A stretch of DNA of 20,000 bases, taken from the IMG/VR virus record IMGVR_UViG_3300002835_000128; one strand, 5' to 3'. This document shows positions 9,280 through 13,921 of the stretch, piece by piece; the stretch's first letter is position 1; every line of letters starts with the position of its first letter. Below the pieces are notes generated by a model. That model worked only from the letters and a program-made list of their open reading frames with translations, was not told the origin of the DNA and made no database searches. Both the position numbers and the translations under genes were made by a program. This DNA is from an uncultured virus (IMG/VR IMGVR_UViG_3300002835_000128) (lineage: Duplodnaviria > Heunggongvirae > Uroviricota > Caudoviricetes).

Positions 9280-9982
9280 ATTCAGCTTCAGGAATTCTTG
9301 TTCTAGTATTTCTACTGCCAAGTAAAACAACAATTCTTCTACCAACTCTAGTATCTAGCATCATCACGATACAACCACCAGCAGGATTAGTAAAACCCGT
9401 TTTACTTACAATAAAATGATGACGATGACCAATGATTGGATTGGTGTTGTGAACGACAGTCCATTTTTTCTTTTTAGTTTTAATTTTTAGATTTGATGTT
9501 TGACTAGCCTCTACGATTTCAGGATACTTTTCTGCTTCTTTAACTAGTCTAATCAAATCTTTTGCTGAACTGATATTGTTTCTGCTTAAACCAGTTGAAT
9601 CATCAAATGATGTATCACACATACCAAGTTTCATTGCTTTACGATTCATCGATTCGATACAAGCATTCCATCCGCCAGGATAAAACTTACATAACAATGC
9701 AGCTGAACGATTGTCAGATTTAACCAAAGACAACTGGATCATTTGCCTTCTTGTCAAATTAACTTTATCTAATTTTTCATCTAGGTTGGAATTTGAATCG
9801 AGAACCACCATAGCAGTCATTAGTTTTGTAATGCTTGCTATCGGCCTTTTTGATTCGATGTTTTGTTGGTCGATAATATTACCTTCTCCGTCAGTGACAA
9901 GCCAACTTTTAGCTGTCACTTGAATTGCTATGCTATTCGTAGAAAATAATAGTATGAAAAAGAATAGGATTTTTCTTAACAT
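9257..9982 (-). CDS. peptidase S11 family D-Ala-D-Ala carboxy/endopeptidase (PbpG-like) with signal peptide
   Basis: SxxK (ASITK), SxN (KSDN) and KTG (SKTGFT) motifs; signal peptide MLRKILFFFILLFSTNSIA. Confidence 0.9.
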   Translation of the reverse strand: MLRKILFFFILLFSTNSIAIQVTAKSWLVTDGEGNIIDQQNIESKRPIASITKLMTAMVVLDSNSNLDEKLDKVNLTRRQMIQLSLVKSDNRSAALLCKFYPGGWNACIESMNRKAMKLGMCDTSFDDSTGLSRNNISSAKDLIRLVKEAEKYPEIVEASQTSNLKIKTKKKKWTVVHNTNPIIGHRHHFIVSKTGFTNPAGGCIVMMLDTRVGRRIVVLLGSRNTRTRIPEAEFIALKAA

Positions 9983-9995
9983 TTGGTTATATATT

Positions 9996-10070
9996 TGGTC
10001 CGCCCGCCAGGAATCGAACCTGGATTAGAAGCTTAGAAGGCTACTGTATTTTCCATTATACGACAGGCAG
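9996..10070 (-). tRNA. tRNA-Arg(TCT)
   Basis: Cloverleaf, anticodon loop CTTCTAA, encoded CCA. Confidence 0.92.
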
Positions 10071-10075
10071 ATAAT

Positions 10076-10152
10076 TGGTGGGCTGTGCAGGACTTGAACC
10101 CGCACTCAACCGATTATGAGTCGGCTGCTTTGACCATTTAAGCTAACAGCCC
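10076..10152 (-). tRNA. tRNA with CAT anticodon, probably Ile2 (lysidine type)
   Basis: GCCGA-CTCATAA-TCGGT; resembles bacterial tRNA-Ile2; CCA. Confidence 0.8.
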
Positions 10153-10157
10153 ATTAC

Positions 10158-10243
10158 TGGTGCGAGAAGAGGGATTTGAACCCTCAATCCCTTACGGGCG
10201 TTGGATTTTAAGTCCAAAGTGTATACCGTTCCACCATTCTCGC
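10158..10243 (-). tRNA. tRNA-Leu(TAA)
   Basis: Loop CTTAAAA, long variable arm, CCA. Confidence 0.93.
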
Positions 10244-10246
10244 TAT

Positions 10247-10320
10247 TGGTGCCTCGGGACAGAATCGAACTGCCGTGGCCGCTTTGTAAGAGCGGAGTTC
10301 TACCATTAAACTACCGAGGC
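10247..10320 (-). tRNA. tRNA-Val(TAC)
   Basis: CCGCT-CTTACAA-AGCGG, CCA. Confidence 0.92.
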
Positions 10321-10328
10321 TTTAATTC

Positions 10329-10404
10329 TGGGGTGTCTTACCGGTATCGATCCGGTACTGAAAGTTCCACAGACTTTCGTGCAGGCCACTACACTAAAGA
10401 CACC
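10329..10404 (-). tRNA. tRNA-His(GTG)
   Basis: Loop CTGTGGA, G-1:C73, atypical T-loop ATCGATA, CCA. Confidence 0.9.
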
Positions 10405-10406
10405 AT

Positions 10407-10483
10407 TGGAGCAGTTATCCAGATTCGAACTGGAACCCAAACCTTGGCAAGGTCTTGTGCTAACCATTAAACACCATAACTGC
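10407..10483 (-). tRNA. tRNA-Gly(GCC)
   Basis: Loop TTGCCAA, U73, CCA; first G shared with the upstream TAG stop. Confidence 0.92.
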
Positions 10484-10773
10484 TAAGTAATATTGAAAGA
10501 AACTGACTTGATTGAATCCCAACGGAAAGAACGCCATCCGGATGCTTCTACGTCCCATACTGCTAAAGCATCACCAGACTTTTTCTTGGTCTCCTGACTG
10601 ACCGATTCAATTTGAAATGCAGGAATAAAATCTTCCTGTAGTGTACACCTCATAACACGCTCAGTGCCATCTTTTTTCGTAAAAGTGACTTCGACAACTT
10701 CGTTTTGAAGCATTGTTTTGAGCCACTGACGACCAGTAACAGCATCTGTACTCTCACCAACGAAAACATTCAT
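10483..10773 (-). CDS. WYL_2/DUF2693-like SH3/Sm-fold protein
   Basis: VVEVTFTKKDGTERVMRCTL...VWDVEASGWRSFRWDSI; GAGG SD. Confidence 0.8.
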   Translation of the reverse strand: MNVFVGESTDAVTGRQWLKTMLQNEVVEVTFTKKDGTERVMRCTLQEDFIPAFQIESVSQETKKKSGDALAVWDVEASGWRSFRWDSIKSVSFNIT

Positions 10774-10794
10774 GTTTTACCTCATTATGTTAAA

Positions 10795-10869
10795 TGGAGC
10801 GGGTGACAGGGATCGAACCTGCGACGAACAGCTTGGAAGGCTGACACTCTACCACTGAGTTACACCCGC
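10795..10869 (-). tRNA. tRNA-Gly(TCC)
   Basis: Loop CTTCCAA, U73, CCA. Confidence 0.95.
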
Positions 10870-10874
10870 ATACT

Positions 10875-11345
10875 TTATGCTGCAAGACTTTTGTATCTAT
10901 CTGCTGCATATGAAGCTGCAAAAGCTTTTGGCTTAATCATAGGAACAACATTACACATACCTTTAATATAACCAATCGCCTCATTAATTACTATACTAGA
11001 ATTGTACATCTGATTTGGATTAATGTCAAGGTGAACTTCGATATCATTCTCAATTACTTCCGCTAATTTCAGATACATTTCGGCAACTTTGTAAACCTCA
11101 TTCATTAACCTCATTCTAGGTTTGAATCTATTCTGGTCATAATCACGCTCACGAATAACTTCACCAAAAATCTTACAACCATTATTGCCATTAATATGGA
11201 CTACAGCGGCAATGATATAGTCGGCATACCAAACATCATTTACTCGAATTCTTTCTGAATCACAACCAAGATAAATTTTAGTTTCTGGTCCACACGAATC
11301 AATAAATTCTTTTACTTTAAGAACATCGATTGGTTTATTGTACAT
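10875..11345 (-). CDS. RNase H-like YkuK (DUF458) family protein
   Basis: IYLGCDS, RLMNEV, EVHLDIN, IKPKAFAASYAADR. Confidence 0.82.
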   Translation of the reverse strand: MYNKPIDVLKVKEFIDSCGPETKIYLGCDSERIRVNDVWYADYIIAAVVHINGNNGCKIFGEVIRERDYDQNRFKPRMRLMNEVYKVAEMYLKLAEVIENDIEVHLDINPNQMYNSSIVINEAIGYIKGMCNVVPMIKPKAFAASYAADRYKSLAA

Positions 11346-11367
11346 TCTAAACTCGCTTTCTTTTTAT

Positions 11368-11441
11368 TGGCCTCGATGTACGGACTCGAACCGCAACTAA
11401 CAGTTTTGGAGACTGCTGTGCTGCCATTACACCACACCGAG
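11368..11441 (-). tRNA. tRNA-Trp(CCA)
   Basis: GCAGT-CTCCAAA-ACTGT, G73, CCA. Confidence 0.92.
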
Positions 11442-11447
11442 ATTGAT

Positions 11448-11523
11448 TGGCCGGTCTTGAGAGAATCGAACTCCCACCTGCGGGTCCGTAGCCCGCCGTA
11501 ATCATCCATTTTACTAAAGACCG
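11448..11523 (-). tRNA. tRNA-Arg(ACG)
   Basis: GCGGG-CTACGGA-CCCGC, CCA. Confidence 0.92.
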
Positions 11524-11526
11524 AAT

Positions 11527-11603
11527 TGGTGCGCCAGGAGAGATTTGAACTCTCAAAATTATGCTTCTAAGGCATACACGTATACCAGTTCCGTCACCGG
11601 CGC
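11527..11603 (-). tRNA. tRNA-Leu(TAG) with short variable loop
   Basis: TATGC-CTTAGAA-GCATA, 77 nt, A73, CCA. Confidence 0.88.
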
Positions 11604-11607
11604 TTAT

Positions 11608-11681
11608 TGGTCCTTCCGAATGGTAACGATCCACTGTCTATCGATTATCAATCGATTGCTCTACCTTTGAGCTACGGAAGG
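11608..11681 (-). tRNA. tRNA-Ile(GAT)
   Basis: ATCGA-TTGATAA-TCGAT, atypical T-loop ATCGTTA, CCA. Confidence 0.88.
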
Positions 11682-11682
11682 A

Positions 11683-11762
11683 TGGTGGAGAATATCGGAC
11701 TCGAACCGATCTGAATATCCGCATTGCAAGTGCGGCGACCACCCCAGGCAGTCCCATTCCCC
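11683..11762 (-). tRNA. tRNA-Ala(TGC)
   Basis: Loop CTTGCAA, G3:U70 pair, CCA. Confidence 0.9.
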
Positions 11763-11767
11763 CAAAA

Positions 11768-11841
11768 TGGTCTCGGTAGGAAGAATCGAACTTCCGCCAC
11801 ATGCTCCCAAAGCACGTATGATACCATTTCACCATACCGAG
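11768..11841 (-). tRNA. tRNA-Pro(TGG)
   Basis: CGTGC-TTTGGGA-GCATG, CCA. Confidence 0.93.
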
Positions 11842-11847
11842 TTTAAA

Positions 11848-11921
11848 TGGTGCCCGTTGACAGAATCGAACTGCCAATTCCGGGTTACAAAGCCGGAGTT
11901 ATACCATTTAACTAAACGGGC
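11848..11921 (-). tRNA. tRNA-Thr(TGT)
   Basis: Loop TTTGTAA, GCC acceptor start, CCA. Confidence 0.92.
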
Positions 11922-11930
11922 TTAAAAAAT

Positions 11931-12005
11931 TGGTAGAAGCGGAGGGACTTGAACCCACACAGCACACCGTATGAAGGTGCTGCACTACCATTATGCTACG
12001 CTTCT
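11931..12005 (-). tRNA. tRNA-Met(CAT), probably elongator
   Basis: GCACC-TTCATAC-GGTGT, CCA. Confidence 0.85.
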
Positions 12006-12022
12006 ATCGCCTCACACGCTAC

Positions 12023-12104
12023 TGGTGGGTTGAGTAGGGATCGAACCTACTTGCCGAAGCCACGGGGTTACAGCCCGCTGCCCTACCATTAGAGCATTCA
12101 ACCC
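12023..12104 (-). tRNA. tRNA-Tyr(GTA)
   Basis: Loop CTGTAAC, variable arm with UUCG loop, CCA. Confidence 0.92.
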
Positions 12105-12109
12105 ATAAC

Positions 12110-12187
12110 TGGCTGTGAGCATTGGATTCGAACCAATCTATTTCTGATTAACAGTCAGACCCGCCTCACCTAGAACGGTAGCCCACA
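12110..12187 (-). tRNA. tRNA-Asn(GTT)
   Basis: TCTGA-CTGTTAA-TCAGA, G73, CCA. Confidence 0.9.
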
Positions 12188-12194
12188 ATAATAC

Positions 12195-12271
12195 TGGTTG
12201 CGGAGTCTTGGATTCGAACCAAGGATCTTCAGTTTATGAGACTGACGGGATGACCACTTCCCTAACCCGCA
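12195..12271 (-). tRNA. tRNA-Met(CAT), initiator-like but atypical
   Basis: TGCGGG...CCGCAACCA ends resemble fMet tRNA; anticodon stem TCAGT/ACTGA lacks the three G:C pairs. Confidence 0.78.
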
Positions 12272-12278
12272 ATAATAC

Positions 12279-12356
12279 TGGCGACATGTACGGGATTCGA
12301 ACCCGTGGTCTCCGCCGTGACAGGGCGGCGCATTAGGCCAACTATGCTAACATGCC
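12279..12356 (-). tRNA. tRNA-Asp(GTC)
   Basis: CCGCC-CTGTCAC-GGCGG, G73, CCA. Confidence 0.95.
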
Positions 12357-12365
12357 ATAATCTTT

Positions 12366-12439
12366 TGGCAGGGGATGTAAGGATCGAACTTACGACCTCG
12401 GAATCAAAATCCGGTGTGATACCATTTCACCAATCCCCA
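12366..12439 (-). tRNA. tRNA-Gln(TTG)
   Basis: Loop TTTTGAT, G73, CCA. Confidence 0.92.
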
Positions 12440-12443
12440 ACAA

Positions 12444-12516
12444 ACCATTTAGAAACACACTCGTACCCGCCAGAGAATCTAATTCATACCCGGCAGAAAG
12501 TGTACTTTTAGATGGT
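12444..12516 (-). ncRNA. long bulged hairpin in the Lys-Gln spacer
   Basis: Nested stems ACCATCTAAAAGTACACTT/GAGTGTGTTTCTAAATGGT, CTGCCGG/CTGGCGG, GAAT/ATTC. Confidence 0.45.
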
Positions 12517-12588
12517 GGGGCCACAGGGATTCGAACCCTGACCTGACGGATTAAAAGTCCGCTGTCTTAACCGTTTGACTATAGCCCC
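12513..12588 (-). tRNA. tRNA-Lys(TTT)
   Basis: GCGGA-CTTTTAA-TCCGT, CCA. Confidence 0.95.
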
Positions 12589-12617
12589 TCTATCTTACCA
12601 CTCTTGTCACTGTCCAT
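12579..12617 (-). CDS. 12-codon mini-ORF MDSDKSGKIEGL ending inside tRNA-Lys
   Basis: AAGGAG SD upstream; ATG lies within a GTCCAT-T-ATGGAC inverted repeat. Confidence 0.35.
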   Translation of the reverse strand: MDSDKSGKIEGL

Positions 12618-12630
12618 AATGGACTCTCCT

Positions 12631-12822
12631 TTATTTTACAAAAAACCCTAATTCATTTGAATGATACAATCGAACACTTTGATTCAGTTTTACAATTTTA
12701 TATTCTTTACCACCCAACAGAGAATAACCTCGTTGGAAAAACTTTGCTTCTTTCATACCAATTGCAATTTTTTCTCCCACTTTATACTTATTGAAACGAC
12801 CAATGTAACGATTCGTATTCAT
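12631..12822 (-). CDS. small basic hypothetical protein
   Basis: 63-aa ORF with GGAG SD filling a tRNA spacer. Confidence 0.7.
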   Translation of the reverse strand: MNTNRYIGRFNKYKVGEKIAIGMKEAKFFQRGYSLLGGKEYKIVKLNQSVRLYHSNELGFFVK

Positions 12823-12844
12823 ATCATCTCCAATAATTTAATTG

Positions 12845-12920
12845 TGGTACACCCAACGGGATTCGAACCCGTGTTACTGCCTTGAAAGGGCAATGTCCTA
12901 GGCCTCTAGACGATGGGTGC
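12845..12920 (-). tRNA. tRNA-Glu(TTC)
   Basis: TTGCC-CTTTCAA-GGCAG, D-arm TCGTCTAGAGGCCTAGGAC, CCA. Confidence 0.94.
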
Positions 12921-12930
12921 ATAAGCCTAA

Positions 12931-13046
12931 AATTTAGAACTAACAAGGAACTGACTGTTACATGATGCAGAAGTCATTGCCGCATCAAACCCTTGCTAAA
13001 CTCTTTTCAGAGAACGGATCGCTCATTTCCGTTTTATTTCTAAATT
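12931..13046 (-). ncRNA. candidate multi-stem structured RNA with pseudoknot
   Basis: 9-bp closing stem AATTTAGAA/TTCTAAATT enclosing four helices; loop TGACT complementary to downstream AGTCA. Confidence 0.6.
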
Positions 13047-13057
13047 GTTAAAGAAAC
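13042..13057 (-). promoter_or_regulatory. rrn-type boxA antitermination element
   Basis: GTTTCTTTAACAATTT compared with E. coli rrn leader TGCTCTTTAACAATTT; just downstream of a promoter. Confidence 0.7.
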
Positions 13058-13074
13058 TCAACTACAGAAACATC

Positions 13075-13125
13075 ATTGTATCAGCACTCAATCGTTTTGT
13101 CAAGCGCTGTTGCCGATTTACAACA
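13075..13125 (-). promoter_or_regulatory. internal sigma70-type promoter of the tRNA array with TGTTG-N8-CAACA palindrome
   Basis: TTGACA (13103-13098), 17 nt, TACAAT (13080-13075); palindrome at 13108-13125. Confidence 0.85.
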
Positions 13126-13141
13126 TTATCAAAATAACAAC

Positions 13142-13218
13142 TGGAGCAACGGGTCGGATTCGAACCGACGAACAACAGTTTTGCAGACTGCGCCATTAGG
13201 CCTCTCTGGTACCGTTGC
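13142..13218 (-). tRNA. tRNA-Cys(GCA)
   Basis: GCAGT-CTGCAAA-ACTGT, U73, CCA. Confidence 0.93.
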
Positions 13219-13224
13219 ATTACT

Positions 13225-13314
13225 TGGTCCTTCGGTGTGGAATCGAACCACATCCTGGGTCTTATCTGGACAAATGCTTATAAGGCATCCTGCTCTACCA
13301 TGAGCTACCGAAGG
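13225..13314 (-). tRNA. tRNA-Ile(TAT) with ~20-nt variable region
   Basis: GATGC-CTTATAA-GCATT, acceptor CCTTCGG/CCGAAGG, A73, CCA, 90 nt. Confidence 0.82.
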
Positions 13315-13377
13315 TTATTCTTTTATACCTCGATACAACAGAAAAAATATGACAACTATCACTATTGCAGCCATCAT
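13315..13377 (-). CDS. 20-aa single-TM micropeptide MMAAIVIVVIFFLLYRGIKE
   Basis: Hand-translated; GAGGAG SD; stop codon abuts the 5' end of tRNA-Ile(TAT). Confidence 0.6.
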   Translation of the reverse strand: MMAAIVIVVIFFLLYRGIKE

Positions 13378-13396
13378 ATTTTCTCCTCTCTTTAAA

Positions 13397-13488
13397 TGGT
13401 GGAGATAGTTGGATTCGAACCAACGGATCAGATTTCTCCAATCGACGGTTTAGCAAACCGCTGCCTTAAGCCACTCAGCCATATCTCC
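13397..13488 (-). tRNA. tRNA-Ser(GCT)
   Basis: Loop TTGCTAA, long variable arm, CCA. Confidence 0.94.
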
Positions 13489-13501
13489 TACAAATACAAA
13501 C

Positions 13502-13589
13502 TGGCGGAAGCGGTGAGATTCGAACTCACGAACAGTTTCCCGTTGCTGGTTTTCAAGACCAGTGCCTTCAACCACTCGGCCACACTTCC
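13502..13589 (-). tRNA. tRNA-Ser(TGA)
   Basis: Loop CTTGAAA, long variable arm, G73, CCA. Confidence 0.95.
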
Positions 13590-13596
13590 AAAAATT

Positions 13597-13672
13597 TGGT
13601 GCAACCTAGTCGAATCGAACGACTTTCAACGGCTCTTCAGACCGCCGCTATGACCACATCAGCTAAGGTTGC
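13597..13672 (-). tRNA. tRNA-Phe(GAA)
   Basis: GCGGT-CTGAAGA-GCCGT, CCA. Confidence 0.9.
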
Positions 13673-13682
13673 ATTACAAACC

Positions 13683-13719
13683 AAAAACAAAAACCCCCGA
13701 TTTTTTAGGTCGGGGGTTT
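13683..13719 (-). terminator. intrinsic terminator (candidate attenuator) immediately upstream of the first tRNA
   Basis: AAACCCCCGA-cctaaaaaa-TCGGGGGTTT followed by TTGTTTTT. Confidence 0.88.
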
Positions 13720-13762
13720 ATGTATTGGGTCTGTTACTCTTAAAATCTATACACAATCCCCC
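13712..13762 (-). promoter_or_regulatory. antiterminator helix competing with the terminator
   Basis: GGGGGATTGTGTAT (13762-13749) pairs with ATACATAAACCCCC (13725-13712) at 13 of 14 positions. Confidence 0.75.
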
Positions 13763-13875
13763 ATTGTTCCTGTAAAGCCTTCATCACCATTTTTCTGGAG
13801 GCGATAAGCGACAGGCCAAATTGAATTTGGTCTGTGGGAACAAATGCTTGTCGTTATGTGTAGTGAATTTTTCAT
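13747..13875 (-). CDS. 42-aa candidate attenuator leader peptide MKNSLHITTSICSHRPNSIWPVAYRLQKNGDEGFTGTMGDCV
   Basis: Hand-translated; lies between promoter and terminator; contains all 20 amino acids; last codons form the antiterminator 5' arm. Confidence 0.75.
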   Translation of the reverse strand: MKNSLHITTSICSHRPNSIWPVAYRLQKNGDEGFTGTMGDCV

Positions 13876-13884
13876 AGTTTTTAG

Positions 13885-13913
13885 ATTATACTCCATTATA
13901 TAGGCTTTGTCAA
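13885..13913 (-). promoter_or_regulatory. consensus sigma70 promoter heading the tRNA array
   Basis: TTGACA (13913-13908), 17 nt, TATAAT (13890-13885). Confidence 0.9.
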
Positions 13914-13921
13914 GCGTTTTT

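Noticed and set aside
154..9923. Short antisense or alternate-frame ORFs (154+, 732+, 3256+, 3284-, 3482-, 3674+, 4179+, 5010+, 5526+, 5749+, 5859+, 6283+, 6639+, 6933+, 8391+, 8409-, 8829-, 9711+)
   Set aside because: They shadow well-supported genes or regulatory sequence and show no recognisable motifs.
12444..13046. tRNA-associated theta/HDV-like or hammerhead ribozyme
   Set aside because: I could not fit the nested double pseudoknot or the CUGANGA/GAAA core by eye, so the structures are left unassigned.
10201..13653. ORF-track calls over the tRNA array (10201+, 11312-, 11347-, 11638-, 12305+, 12661+, 13062-, 13076+, 13396+)
   Set aside because: They overlap clear tRNA cloverleafs, a promoter or a real gene and are spurious translations.
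9996..13672. Stop-codon reassignment or suppressor tRNA
   Set aside because: No CTA, TTA or TCA anticodon was found, long genes read intact in the standard code, and TAG, TGA and TAA all end real genes.
13683..13880. T-box riboswitch ahead of the tRNA array
   Set aside because: There is no AAGGTGGTACC-like T-box sequence or UGGN bulge in the antiterminator; the leader-peptide model fits better.
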